Below, piece after piece: positions 37,970 through 47,737 of a stretch of DNA of 64,000 nucleotides; within the stretch, counting starts at the first letter, position 1; every line of letters starts with the position of its first letter. Under the pieces are notes generated by a model, which saw only the letters and a list, made by a program, of their open reading frames with translations, was not told where the DNA came from and made no database searches. The translations under genes were made by a program, and so were the position numbers. The stretch comes from an uncultured Actinomycetes bacterium. GTDB lineage: Bacteria > Actinomycetota > UBA4738 > HRBIN12. The stretch is taken from NCBI GenBank assembly GCA_963704725.1, contig OY969934.1, positions 2,720,001 through 2,784,000 of the forward strand, in the 5' to 3' direction.

Positions 37970-39034
37970 CTAGCGATCGAGGGCCCCGGCGACGGCCGCG
38001 GCCATCTCGTCGGTGGTCGAGCTCCCCCCCAGATCGCCGGTGCGAACCTCGCCCTCGGCGAGCACGCGGTCGACGGCCGCCTCGACCGCGTCCGCCCTCG
38101 CCCGCTCGCCGAGGTGCCGCAACAGCATCGCGCCGGATCGGATCATCGCCACCGGGTTCGCGATCCCCCGCCCGGCGATGTCCGGGGCGCTCCCGTGGAC
38201 CGGCTCGAACACGGCGTACTCCCAGCCCAGGTTGGCCCCCGCCGCGATGCCGAGCCCGCCGACGAGGCCCGCGCACAGGTCGGACAGGATGTCCCCGTAC
38301 AGGTTCGGCAGCAGCAGCACGTCGAAGCGCTGCGGCTCCCGGGCCAGTCGCATCGACAGCAGGTCGACGGGCATGTCCTCGAAGCCGACGTCTCGATGCG
38401 CCGCGGCTTCCTCGCGCCCGATCGACAGGAAGAGCCCGTCGGAGAACCGCATGATCGAGGCCTTGTGGCCGAGCGTGATGCGGCGCCGGGCGTTCGCCCG
38501 GACGAACTCGAACGCGAACCGGACGATGCGCCGGGCGCCGGTCACGCTGATCGGCTTCACGGTGAAGCCCGCGTCCCCCCGGACCTCCTGCCCCGAGAGT
38601 CGCCGGAGCTCGGCGCGCAGCTCCTCGGCCTGCGGCGTTCCCCGTTCGAACTCGATGCCCCGGTACAGGTCCTCGGTGTTCTCGCGGATCACCACGAGGT
38701 CGACGCCGTCGTGGCGGGTGGGGACGCCGGGCAGCGAGCGGGACGGCCGGACGGCGGCGAACAGGTCGAGCTCGTGCCGCAGGGCCACGTTCACGCTGCG
38801 GAAGCCGGACCCCACGGGGGTCGTGATCGGCCCCTTGATCGCGACCCGCGAACGCCGGATCTCCTCGAGCACCCGGGCGGGGAGCGTCGTCCCCTCGCGT
38901 TCCAGGACCGCCGCGCCGGCCTCCTGGACGACCCACTCGATGCCGGCCCCCGTCGCATCCAGGACCCGCCGGGCGGCCGCCGAGACCTCCGGGCCGATGC
39001 CGTCCCCCGGGATCAACGTGACGAGATGCGACAC
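37970..39034 (-). CDS. Isocitrate/isopropylmalate dehydrogenase family (NAD-IDH-like), copy 2
   Basis: LIPGDGIGPE, SVNVALR, RENTED, NLYGDILSDL, EPVHGSAPDIAG. Confidence 0.9.
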   Translation of the reverse strand: MSHLVTLIPGDGIGPEVSAAARRVLDATGAGIEWVVQEAGAAVLEREGTTLPARVLEEIRRSRVAIKGPITTPVGSGFRSVNVALRHELDLFAAVRPSRSLPGVPTRHDGVDLVVIRENTEDLYRGIEFERGTPQAEELRAELRRLSGQEVRGDAGFTVKPISVTGARRIVRFAFEFVRANARRRITLGHKASIMRFSDGLFLSIGREEAAAHRDVGFEDMPVDLLSMRLAREPQRFDVLLLPNLYGDILSDLCAGLVGGLGIAAGANLGWEYAVFEPVHGSAPDIAGRGIANPVAMIRSGAMLLRHLGERARADAVEAAVDRVLAEGEVRTGDLGGSSTTDEMAAAVAGALDR

Positions 39035-39063
39035 GCCCGAACCCTACTCGGGGCGCGGACGGC

Positions 39064-40128
39064 TCACGCCAGCCGGCGGATCACGGCCTCCGTCACCGCC
39101 TCGGTCCCGATCCCCCGCTCTCCGGCGAGGTCGGCGGTGACCTCACCGGCGGCGACGGCCTCTGCCACCGAGCGCTCGAGCCGGTCCCCCGCCTCGACCT
39201 CGCCGAGGTGCCGGAGCAGCATCGCCCCGGAGAGCATCAGGGCCATGGGGTTGGCCGTGTCGGTCCCGCGGTACCGCGGCGCGGCCCCGTGTGTCGCCTC
39301 GAACACCGCCCGGCCCTCTCCCAGGTTGACGCCGGGCGCGAGGCCGAGTCCCCCCACGAGCCCGGCGCACAGATCGGACACGATGTCCCCGTACAGGTTG
39401 GGCAGGACGAGCACGTCGTACTCCTCGGGCCGCTGCACCAGCTGCATCGACAGGTTGTCGATGATCCGGTCCTCGAACGCGATGTCGGGATGCTCGGCCG
39501 CCACCCGGCGCGCCGTCTCCAGGAACAGGCCGTCGGAGACCTTCATGATGTTCGCCTTGTGCCCGGCGGTCAGCTTGCGCCGGCCCCGGCTGCGGACGTA
39601 GTCGAACGCGAAGCGCACGATGCGCTCGCTGGCGGAGGCGCTGATGGCCTTGATGCTCAGGCCCGAGTCCTCGCGAACCCGGTGGCCGGTGGCTCGCTCG
39701 ACGAACCCGATCAGCTCGGCCGTGGTGTCCTCGCCCTGCTCGAACTCGATCCCCGTGTAGGCGTCCTCCGTGTTCTCCCGGACGATCACCACGTCCACGT
39801 CCTCGTACGGTGAGCGGACCCCCGGGAACGAACGGCACGGGCGAACGCAGGCGAACAGGTCGAGCTGGACCCGAAGCGAGACGTTCACGCTCCGGTACCC
39901 GCCCTCCGGCGTGACCAGTGGACCCTTGAGGGCGACCCCGGTCTCCCGGATCGACTCGAGGACGCGCGGAGGCAGCGGCATCCCCTCGCGCTCGGCGACC
40001 TCGGCGCCCGCCTCCTGGACGTCCCAGTCGATCGCGACACCCGTGGCCTCGATCGAGCGGCGAGCCGCCTCGACGAGCTCGGGACCGACCCCGTCGCCCG
40101 GGATCAGCGTGGCGCGGTGGGTTGCCAG
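39064..40128 (-). CDS. Isocitrate/isopropylmalate dehydrogenase family (NAD-IDH-like), copy 1; probable CTG start
   Basis: AGGAGG-6 nt-CTG; LIPGDGVGPE, HKANIMK, DNLSMQLV, NLYGDIVSDL, FEATHG. Confidence 0.9.
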   Translation of the reverse strand: MATHRATLIPGDGVGPELVEAARRSIEATGVAIDWDVQEAGAEVAEREGMPLPPRVLESIRETGVALKGPLVTPEGGYRSVNVSLRVQLDLFACVRPCRSFPGVRSPYEDVDVVIVRENTEDAYTGIEFEQGEDTTAELIGFVERATGHRVREDSGLSIKAISASASERIVRFAFDYVRSRGRRKLTAGHKANIMKVSDGLFLETARRVAAEHPDIAFEDRIIDNLSMQLVQRPEEYDVLVLPNLYGDIVSDLCAGLVGGLGLAPGVNLGEGRAVFEATHGAAPRYRGTDTANPMALMLSGAMLLRHLGEVEAGDRLERSVAEAVAAGEVTADLAGERGIGTEAVTEAVIRRLA

Positions 40129-40282
40129 ATGCCGCCTCCTCGGACGGTCGGAGCCTCGCGCGACGTCCTCCGGCCGCGTCCCGAGCGGCCGGCCGCGGTA
40201 GGCTCGGTGCTGAAAGGATAGGCATGGGCGGTGCCGCGAAGCTCGAGCGGCGGCGCCGGTCCGCCGACGTCGGGAGCTCGCG

Positions 40283-41401
40283 ATGGCCGAGAAGGGGATG
40301 CGGGACATCGTCGCGGCCCAGACGCGCCTGTCGGACATCGACGGGACGAACGGGCGGCTCTGGTACGTCGGGTACCCGATCGAGGAGATCGCGCAGCACT
40401 GCTCGTTCGAAGAGGTCACCTACCTGCTCCAGCGCCTCCGCCTCCCCACCCAGGGCGAGCTCGACGACCTCGAGGAGTTCATGGTCGAGCAGCGGGACGC
40501 CTCGACGTTCATCGAGGAGCTCATGCTCACCCTCGCGCAGCAGACGTCGCCGATGTCGATGCTCCGGACGAGCGTCTCGGCGGCCTCCGCCTACGACCCC
40601 GACGGGTGGGACAACTCCACCGAGGCCAACGAGCGCAAGGCGCTCCGACTGATCGCCCGGACGCCCACGTTCCTGGCCATGTACCACCGGTTGCGGACGG
40701 GCCAGGAGCTCGTGCCCCCCAACCCCAAGCTCCCCCACGCCGCCAACTTCCTGTACATGCTCACCGGGGTCGAGCCGTCCCAGGAGGACGCCGACGTCCT
40801 CGACACCACGTTCGTCCTGTACGCCGACCACACGATGAACGCCTCGACCTTCACGGCCCGGATCATCGCCAGCACGCTCGCCGACATGCACTCAGCGGTC
40901 ACGGGGGCCATCGCCGCCCTCAAGGGACCGCTGCACGGGGGCGCCAACGAGGAGGCCATGAAGATGCTCGAGGAGGTGGGCTCGCCCAGGCGGGCGGCCG
41001 CCTACGTGAGAGCCCGGCTGGCGCGCAAGGAGAAGATCATGGGGTTCGGCCACGCCGTCTACCGGACGATGGACCCGCGCGCCCGGATCCTCAAGCTCCT
41101 CTCACGCGACACGGGCGAGCGACACGGCGACCTCCGCTGGTACGAGATCTCGGAGGCGATCGAGCGCGTCGTGTTCGACGAGAAGGAGCTGAACCCCAAC
41201 GTCGACTTCTACGCCGCGAGCGTCTACCACGTGCTCGGCATCCCCACGGACCTGATGACGCCGATCTTCGCCGTGGCCCGCATGGCCGGCTGGACGGCGC
41301 ACATCCGCGAGCAGTACTCGGACAACCGGATCATCCGCCCCGACTCGGAGTACGTGGGGCCCCGGGACCAGCACTGGGTCCCGATCGAGGGGCGCCGCTA
41401 G
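40283..41401 (+). CDS. Citrate synthase / 2-methylcitrate synthase family
   Basis: DHTMNASTF, GPLHGGANE, MGFGHAVY..DPR, NVDFY. Confidence 0.95.
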   Translation: MAEKGMRDIVAAQTRLSDIDGTNGRLWYVGYPIEEIAQHCSFEEVTYLLQRLRLPTQGELDDLEEFMVEQRDASTFIEELMLTLAQQTSPMSMLRTSVSAASAYDPDGWDNSTEANERKALRLIARTPTFLAMYHRLRTGQELVPPNPKLPHAANFLYMLTGVEPSQEDADVLDTTFVLYADHTMNASTFTARIIASTLADMHSAVTGAIAALKGPLHGGANEEAMKMLEEVGSPRRAAAYVRARLARKEKIMGFGHAVYRTMDPRARILKLLSRDTGERHGDLRWYEISEAIERVVFDEKELNPNVDFYAASVYHVLGIPTDLMTPIFAVARMAGWTAHIREQYSDNRIIRPDSEYVGPRDQHWVPIEGRR

Positions 41402-41844
41402 CCCATCGGCGGGGGCGGCGGAGGCGGTGCCGCGGGACCGCTCCCCATACCGCCCTGAACCGTCGACGCCGCGTCCCAGATCCGGTTCATGTGCTCCTGG
41501 GCGTACGGACCGATCGCGATGGAGAAGACCAGGGCCAAGACCGCCAGGAGCGCGGGCGAGAGCTGACTCTGAACGCCGATCCGCGCCTCCGCCTTCTGGA
41601 TGTGCTGGCCGGTGTTGTACACGGCGATGATGGCGGGGAAGATGATGAAGCCCCCCGGGATCAGCGCCAGCAGCGACCGCGCGGGGCTGATCGTGTCGTC
41701 CCGCTCGAACCGCTGCAGCTCCTGATTCACCTTGTAGTACCAGTAGAGCCCGTAGATCCCGATCGTGATGAAGCTCAGCCCGAGGACACCGAGTGGGTTG
41801 CGCTTCAGGAACGACTGTCCGTTGATCGTCACCGTCTCAGCCAT
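41398..41844 (-). CDS. DUF4234-like membrane protein
   Basis: R.P…L..IT.GIY..YW.Y…E; Q..MN; poly-Pro tail. Confidence 0.75.
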   Translation of the reverse strand: MAETVTINGQSFLKRNPLGVLGLSFITIGIYGLYWYYKVNQELQRFERDDTISPARSLLALIPGGFIIFPAIIAVYNTGQHIQKAEARIGVQSQLSPALLAVLALVFSIAIGPYAQEHMNRIWDAASTVQGGMGSGPAAPPPPPPPMG

Positions 41845-41869
41845 CGTGGCCTCCTTCCCCCGGGCGAGT

Positions 41870-42796
41870 CTACGCGGCGGTCGCCGCCGGCCTCGGAAGG
41901 AGCCGGGCATCTTCGATCACGTGCCGGACGGCTTCCTCGCGCCCCAGACCCATGACGTGGACTCCGGCGACGCCGGACATCTCGCGCAGACGGGTCACGA
42001 TCTCGACGCACTGGGCGGTCCCCAGGGCCTCCGCCTCGTCGCCGGCGTCGTCGAGCGCCGCGATCATCTCCAGCGGAACCGTGACCCCGGGCAGGTGCTC
42101 ATCGAGGTAGCGGGCCTGTCTCCCGCTGCGGATCGGCGCGACGCCCACGATCAGCGCTGCGCGCTCCGCGATGCCGCGGGACCGGACGAGATCGGCCCAC
42201 GCGGTCAGCGCCTCGAGGTCGTAGGTGATCTGGGTCATCACGAACGCGGCCCCGGCGTCGAGCTTGGCCTCCAGGCGGGCCGGGTCGTAGCTCGGGGCGA
42301 GCGGGCTGTCGGTCACGCCGACGAAGAACTTCGGCGGATCCGCGATGCCGGCCCCCGACAGCAGGCGCCCATCGGTGCGGAGCTCGGCGGCGAGCCGGAC
42401 GAGGTCGGTCACGGCGAGGTCCCCCACCACCGCGGCGTCGGGATGATCGCCGATCCCGACGGGGTCGCCGGTCAGGCACAGGAGGTTGCGGGCTCCCAGC
42501 GCCCAGCCTCCGAGGAGGTCCGCGGTGAGCGCGAGCCGGTTGCGATCGCGCACCGTGAGCTGCAGGGTGGGCTCGAGCCCTGCGCGGGAGACCGCGGAGG
42601 CCCCCGCAAGCGGCGACATGTGCGCGCTCGCCGCCGGGTTGTCGGTGACGTTGACCGCGTCCGCGTACCCGACCAGGTCACGTGCCTGCCGCGCCATGGC
42701 GGCCGGATCGCCCGAGCGGGGTGGCACCACCTCGGAGGTGACCGCGAAGCGGCGGGACCGGACGATGGCCTCGAGACGGCCGGCGGGCTCCCTCAA
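41870..42796 (-). CDS. metF: Methylenetetrahydrofolate reductase
   Basis: EVVPP, NVTDNP, RDRNR..L, LTGDP, K..AGA.F.MTQ, GVHVM; TTGA overlap with folD. Confidence 0.88.
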   Translation of the reverse strand: MREPAGRLEAIVRSRRFAVTSEVVPPRSGDPAAMARQARDLVGYADAVNVTDNPAASAHMSPLAGASAVSRAGLEPTLQLTVRDRNRLALTADLLGGWALGARNLLCLTGDPVGIGDHPDAAVVGDLAVTDLVRLAAELRTDGRLLSGAGIADPPKFFVGVTDSPLAPSYDPARLEAKLDAGAAFVMTQITYDLEALTAWADLVRSRGIAERAALIVGVAPIRSGRQARYLDEHLPGVTVPLEMIAALDDAGDEAEALGTAQCVEIVTRLREMSGVAGVHVMGLGREEAVRHVIEDARLLPRPAATAA

Positions 42797-43659
42797 CGGC
42801 GCTCGACGAACCCCTCGGCCGCGGTGACCGTGTTCAGCAGCAGCATCGCCGTGGTCATCGGCCCCACCCCGCCGGGCACCGGCGTGATGGCGCCGGCCAC
42901 CTCCCGGACCTCGTCGAACTTCACATCGCCCACGAGACCCCCTTCGGTGCGGTGGACGCCGACGTCCACGACGATCGCCCCCGGCTTGACCATGTCGGCC
43001 GTCACGAGCTGCGGGATGCCCGTCGCCACCACGAGGATGTCGGCCCGCCGGGTGTGCACGGCCAGGTCCCGCGTCTTGACGTGGCAGATCGTGACCGTGG
43101 CGTTCCCCCGGATCGAGTCCTGCGCCAGCATGATCGACAGCGGCGCCCCGACCAGGTCGCCGTAGCCGACCACGACCACCTCCGCCCCCTCGAGCTCGAC
43201 GCCGCTGCGGAGCAGGAGCTCCACGATCCCGTAGGGCGTCGCCGGCGGGAACGAGGGATCGCCGCGGACCATGAGCCCGACATTCAGCGGGTGCAGCCCG
43301 TCGACGTCCTTGGCGGGGTCGATCGTCGTCTGGAGCGCGAGCTCGCTGATGTGCCGGGGCACGGGGAGCTGGACGATGATCCCGTGCAGCTCCGGATCCC
43401 GGTTCAGCCGGCGGATCGTCGCCAGGAGCTCTCCCTCCGTGACGTACGTGGGCAGGTCGATCTGCTCGGATCGGATCCCGACGTCGACGGTCGCCTTGTG
43501 CTTGGCGCCGAGGTAGATGCGGGAGCCCTCGTCGTCGCCGACGAGCACGGCCGCGAGCCCCGGCTGAACCCCTCGGTCGGCGAGCGCCTTCACGCGTTCG
43601 GCGACCTCCGAGCGGATCTGGGCGGCGACGGCCTTCCCGTCGAGGATCGTGGCGGTCAC
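42793..43659 (-). CDS. folD: Methylene-THF dehydrogenase/cyclohydrolase
   Basis: LDGK, GIIVQLP, KDVDGLH, DVG, TPVPGGVGPMT. Confidence 0.95.
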   Translation of the reverse strand: MTATILDGKAVAAQIRSEVAERVKALADRGVQPGLAAVLVGDDEGSRIYLGAKHKATVDVGIRSEQIDLPTYVTEGELLATIRRLNRDPELHGIIVQLPVPRHISELALQTTIDPAKDVDGLHPLNVGLMVRGDPSFPPATPYGIVELLLRSGVELEGAEVVVVGYGDLVGAPLSIMLAQDSIRGNATVTICHVKTRDLAVHTRRADILVVATGIPQLVTADMVKPGAIVVDVGVHRTEGGLVGDVKFDEVREVAGAITPVPGGVGPMTTAMLLLNTVTAAEGFVERR

Positions 43660-43760
43660 GGCGGCCCATCCTATCCGACGCCCTCCGCGGTAACCGGCCC
43701 GGGCTCGCCGCTCGCGGGTCGCGTGCCGCATGATGGTGGGGATCGAGTCGAGGAGGTGTT

Positions 43761-44804
43761 ATGGAGTACCGCACGCTCGGCGGGACCGGCCTGCAGGTCA
43801 GCACCCACTGCCTCGGCGCGATGATGTTCGGCGAGTGGGGCAACCGCGACGCCGCCGAATGCGCCCGCATCGTCCACGCGGCCATCGACGGCGGGGTGAA
43901 CTTCGTCGACACCGCCGACGTGTACTCGTCGGGCGGCTCGGAGGAGATCGTCGGGGCGGCGCTCGACGGGCGGCGCGACGAGGTCGTGCTCGCCACCAAG
44001 GTCCACGGCGAGATGGGCCCCGGTCGTAACGATCGGGGGAACTCGCGCGCATGGATCGCCCGCGAGGTGGAGCAGAGCCTGCGGCGCCTCCGGACCGATC
44101 ACATCGACCTGTACCAGGTCCATCGGCCGGAGCGAGCCACCGATCTCGAGGAGACGCTGGGCGTCCTCACCGACCTCCAGCGCCAGGGGAAGATCCGCTA
44201 CTTCGGCTCCTCCACGTTCCCCGGCTGGCTCATGGTCGAGGCGCAGTGGGCCGCCGAGCGCCGCGCCCTGTCACGCTTTCGGACCGAGCAGCCGCCCTAC
44301 TCGATCTTCGTCCGCGGCATCGAGCGGGACGTCCTGCCGGTTGCGCAGCGGTACGGGATGGGGGTGCTGGTCTGGAGCCCGCTGTGCCGCGGCTGGCTGA
44401 CCGGGCGCTACCGCCGGGACGACTTCGACACGTCGCCGGAGGCCCGAGCTGCCCGGACGAAGGAGCGCGGCGGTCCGGTCGCCAAGCAGTTCGACATGAC
44501 CCGCCCCGAGAACCAGCGCAAGCTCGAGCTCGTCGAGGAGCTGGCGAAGGTGGCCGCGAACGCCGGCGTCTCGATGACGCACCTGGCGATCGCGTTCACG
44601 CTCGCGCACCCTGCCGTGACGTCGGCGATCATCGGCCCCCGCAAGCCCGAGCAGCTCGACGATCTGCTCGCCGGAGCGGACGTGCGGCTGGACGGCTCGA
44701 CGCTGGACGCGATCGACGAGCTCGTCCCGCCGGGAACGGTGGTCGACGGCAACGACCGCGGGTTCTGGCCCTGGTGGCTCGAGCCCGCCGCGTTGAGGCG
44801 ATAA
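43761..44804 (+). CDS. Aldo/keto reductase
   Basis: GGAGG SD; DTADVY, ATK, SLRRL.TDHIDLYQVH, WSPL. Confidence 0.93.
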   Translation: MEYRTLGGTGLQVSTHCLGAMMFGEWGNRDAAECARIVHAAIDGGVNFVDTADVYSSGGSEEIVGAALDGRRDEVVLATKVHGEMGPGRNDRGNSRAWIAREVEQSLRRLRTDHIDLYQVHRPERATDLEETLGVLTDLQRQGKIRYFGSSTFPGWLMVEAQWAAERRALSRFRTEQPPYSIFVRGIERDVLPVAQRYGMGVLVWSPLCRGWLTGRYRRDDFDTSPEARAARTKERGGPVAKQFDMTRPENQRKLELVEELAKVAANAGVSMTHLAIAFTLAHPAVTSAIIGPRKPEQLDDLLAGADVRLDGSTLDAIDELVPPGTVVDGNDRGFWPWWLEPAALRR

Positions 44805-44879
44805 GCGTCGGGGCGCCGGGGCGGACGACGACGGTCGCGCGTGCGCCGAGATCGGGCGGGCCCGGCTTCGCGGATCCGC

Positions 44880-45281
44880 TCAGGGGAGGACGGTGATCGC
44901 CGTGTGCGTCCGGACGGCGCGGGCAAGCGGGCCGTCGGCGGTCAGGAGGGCGCCTCCCACGTGGTCGGCGAGGGCAACGTATGCGGCGTCGTAGGCCGAG
45001 AAGTTCTCACGGAGCTCGAGCATCCTCCAGACCAGCCCCTGATGCCCGAGCCGTCTCAGTGGGAGGTCGAGATAGTCGGCGAGCGCATCACCGGCGCGGC
45101 GGTGGGAGACCGCCCCGCGGAGCACGGCGCGCCGCAGTCCGGCGACGACCTCCACATCGCACAGCGCGGGGATCTCCAGGTCGAGGTCCTCAGCTCGCAG
45201 GATCGCCCTGATCGGCTCCGCGGCATCCGTTCCGAGGAGGTACTCGAGGATCGCCGAGGCATCGGCGACGACGACCCTCAG
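44880..45281 (-). CDS. VapC/PIN-domain toxin; probable CTG start
   Basis: VVVADAS, P.L.DVEV…LRR, YDAAYVALA, LLTAD; CTGA overlap with antitoxin stop. Confidence 0.85.
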   Translation of the reverse strand: MRVVVADASAILEYLLGTDAAEPIRAILRAEDLDLEIPALCDVEVVAGLRRAVLRGAVSHRRAGDALADYLDLPLRRLGHQGLVWRMLELRENFSAYDAAYVALADHVGGALLTADGPLARAVRTHTAITVLP

Positions 45282-45517
45282 GATGCCTCCCGAGACGCAC
45301 GCTCCTCGCGGACGAGCTCTGCCGCGGGACGCCCGAGCTTGACCGGAGACCTGGCCTCGATCCTGTCGAAAACCTCGGCTGCCGGCGGCCTCGCGACCTC
45401 GCGCTCGAGGAGCTCCTGGATGTAGTCGGTGAGCGTCTGCCCTCGTGCTCGTGCTCGACGACCGAGCTCCCGGTGCAGACGGTCCGGAACGTTCCGGACC
45501 TGGATCATCTTCGACAT
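45278..45517 (-). CDS. FitA-like RHH antitoxin
   Basis: IQVRNVPD.LH..L..RA…G.TL..Y; upstream of the PIN gene. Confidence 0.85.
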   Translation of the reverse strand: MSKMIQVRNVPDRLHRELGRRARARGQTLTDYIQELLEREVARPPAAEVFDRIEARSPVKLGRPAAELVREERASREAS

Positions 45518-45572
45518 GTGCAGAGCATGTCACATGTACGCAGCATGTCAAGCCGGATGGCCGCCCGCTGGG

Positions 45573-46205
45573 TCACGAGCGCCCGGCCGTGGCCAGGACC
45601 CAGAGGTGCGTCTCGCCTGCATCCTCGATCTCGTCGGCCTGCTCGATCTGGAACCCGGCGTTCAGAAGAAGCCGTACGTTCGTCTCCGCGTCGAAGTGGC
45701 TCCAGTACATCGGCGCGCCCAGGAACTCCTCCGACCGCTCTTCGGGGTTATCCCCGCTGCCGAGCGTTCCGGCGAACAACCCGCCGGGACGAAGCCACGC
45801 CGAGATCCTGGACAGCACGCCGGCGTGGAGCTCACGCCGGACGTGGATCAGCGACCAGAACGCCACCACGGCGTCGAACGACCCGGCCTGGAACTCGACC
45901 TGGGAGAGGTCGGCTCGGACCAGAGCGGCTCGCGGCGCGCGTGCCCGAGCGAGCTCGAGCTGCCGCCCGGAGCGATCCACCCCGACCACCCGGGACGCCG
46001 CTCCGAGCTCGGCCGCCACGAGCCCGGCGCCACAGCCCAGGTCCAGCACGCGAGCCTCCGAAGGCAGGCGAGCGCGCGCCCGGTCGAGGAAGCTCCGGAA
46101 GTAGCTCTCGGGCCCTCGGCCGTGCTCGGCCTCTGCCGCGTACCGTTCGCCGATCCGGTCGTAGCCCGCCTCGACGAGACGGTGCGGATCGGTCGGCTCG
46201 CTCAG
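45573..46205 (-). CDS. Class I SAM-dependent methyltransferase; probable CTG start
   Basis: VLDLGCGAG, FDAV, WLRPGG; frame open to LSEPTDPHRLVEAGYDRIGERY at CTGA overlap with purH stop. Confidence 0.85.
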   Translation of the reverse strand: MSEPTDPHRLVEAGYDRIGERYAAEAEHGRGPESYFRSFLDRARARLPSEARVLDLGCGAGLVAAELGAASRVVGVDRSGRQLELARARAPRAALVRADLSQVEFQAGSFDAVVAFWSLIHVRRELHAGVLSRISAWLRPGGLFAGTLGSGDNPEERSEEFLGAPMYWSHFDAETNVRLLLNAGFQIEQADEIEDAGETHLWVLATAGRS

Positions 46206-47737
46206 TGGCGGAAGTGTCGCCGGCCGGTCGTCACGACGGCCATCCCGCGGGACTCGGCCACGGCGAGAACATCGTCATCACGGATCGACCCGCCGGGGTG
46301 GATCACGCACGAGACGCCCGCGTCGGCGGCCACCTCGACGGCGTCGGGGAACGGGAAGAACGCGTCGCTGGCCATCGCGGCCCCCTTGGCCCGGTCGCCG
46401 GCCTTGCGCACAGCCAGCCACGACGCGTCGACGCGCGACATCTGCCCCGCGCCGACGCCCACGGTGGCGCCGTCCCGGACGAACACGATCGCGTTCGACC
46501 GGACGCGCGAGGCCACCGTCCACGCGAGCAGGAGGTCCGCCCACTCGTCCTCGCTCGGCTCGCGCGCCGAGACGACCTCGAGACGGTCCCGCTCGGTGAT
46601 CACCGTGTCGCGATCCTGGACGAGCCCGCCGCCGGCGAGCGGACGGATCTCCAGCCCGCCGCGCTCCGGCAGCGGTGCCTCGACGACGCGCAGGCTCTTG
46701 CGCTCGGCGAACGCGGCGAGCGCGTCGTCGGTGAACGATGGTGCCACGACCACCTCGGTGAACACCTCGCGCATGGCCCCGGCGGCGTCGGCGTCGCACG
46801 GAGTGTTGAACGCCACGATCCCGCCGAACGCCGAGACGGAGTCCGACTCGAAGGCCAGGCGGTAGGCCTCCGCCGAGCGTGAGCGGACGGCGACGCCGCA
46901 GGGGTTGTTGTGCTTCACGATCACGCACGCCGCCTCGGGCAGCATGGCCGCGAGCCCGAACGCCGCGTCGACGTCGAGCCAGTTGTTGAACGACATCTCC
47001 TTGCCCTCGAGGAGCACGCGCGCGCCGCCGAGGACGCCGGGGCCGGCCGACTCCGCGTAGACCGCACCCCGCTGGTGCGGGTTCTCGCCGTACCGGAGGT
47101 CGGCGACCTTCTCCAGGGTCAAGCCGACGAAGGAGGGCAGGGACTCCTCCCGCGACGCGAACCAGCTCGCCACCGCCTGGTCGTACGCGGCGGTGTGCGC
47201 GAACGCCTCGGCGGCGAGCTCGCGCCGCGTCTTTGCCGACAGGCCGCCCTCCCGGATCTCGTCGAGGACGGGGTCGTATCGAGCCGGGCTGACGACGACG
47301 CCGACCGAGGCGTGGTTCTTGGCCGCGGCGCGCACCATGGCCGGTCCGCCGATGTCGATCTTCTCGATCACCTCGTCCTCTGAGGCTCCGCTCGCGACGG
47401 TCTCGCGGAAGGGGTACAGGTTGACGACGACCAGGTCGAACGGCTCGATCCCGTGCTCGGCGAGCTGCCGCTCGTGCTCGGGCTTGCGCCGATCGGCCAG
47501 GATTCCCGCGTGGATCCTGGGGTGCAGCGTCTTCACTCTGCCGTCGAGCATCTCGGGCGAGCCCGTGACCTCCTCGACCGGCGTGACGTCGAGACCGGCC
47601 TCGCGCAGCGTCGCCGCCGTCCCGCCCGAAGAGACCAGGGCCACGCCGAGCTCGGACAGGCCCCGCGCGAGCTCGACCACCCCGGTCTTGTCGTACACGG
47701 CGAGGAGCGCCCGGCGCACGGGACGCACGTCGCTCAC
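46202..47737 (-). CDS. purH: AICAR transformylase / IMP cyclohydrolase
   Basis: GRVKTLHP, IDIGGP, LRYGENPHQ, KHNNPCG, SDAFFPF, TGRRHFRH. Confidence 0.97.
   Translation of the reverse strand: MSDVRPVRRALLAVYDKTGVVELARGLSELGVALVSSGGTAATLREAGLDVTPVEEVTGSPEMLDGRVKTLHPRIHAGILADRRKPEHERQLAEHGIEPFDLVVVNLYPFRETVASGASEDEVIEKIDIGGPAMVRAAAKNHASVGVVVSPARYDPVLDEIREGGLSAKTRRELAAEAFAHTAAYDQAVASWFASREESLPSFVGLTLEKVADLRYGENPHQRGAVYAESAGPGVLGGARVLLEGKEMSFNNWLDVDAAFGLAAMLPEAACVIVKHNNPCGVAVRSRSAEAYRLAFESDSVSAFGGIVAFNTPCDADAAGAMREVFTEVVVAPSFTDDALAAFAERKSLRVVEAPLPERGGLEIRPLAGGGLVQDRDTVITERDRLEVVSAREPSEDEWADLLLAWTVASRVRSNAIVFVRDGATVGVGAGQMSRVDASWLAVRKAGDRAKGAAMASDAFFPFPDAVEVAADAGVSCVIHPGGSIRDDDVLAVAESRGMAVVTTGRRHFRH

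Noticed and set aside
41870-43999. Apparent long MetF or FolD-MetF fusion in the ORF track
   Set aside because: folD and metF are in different frames with a normal TTGA overlap at 42793-42796
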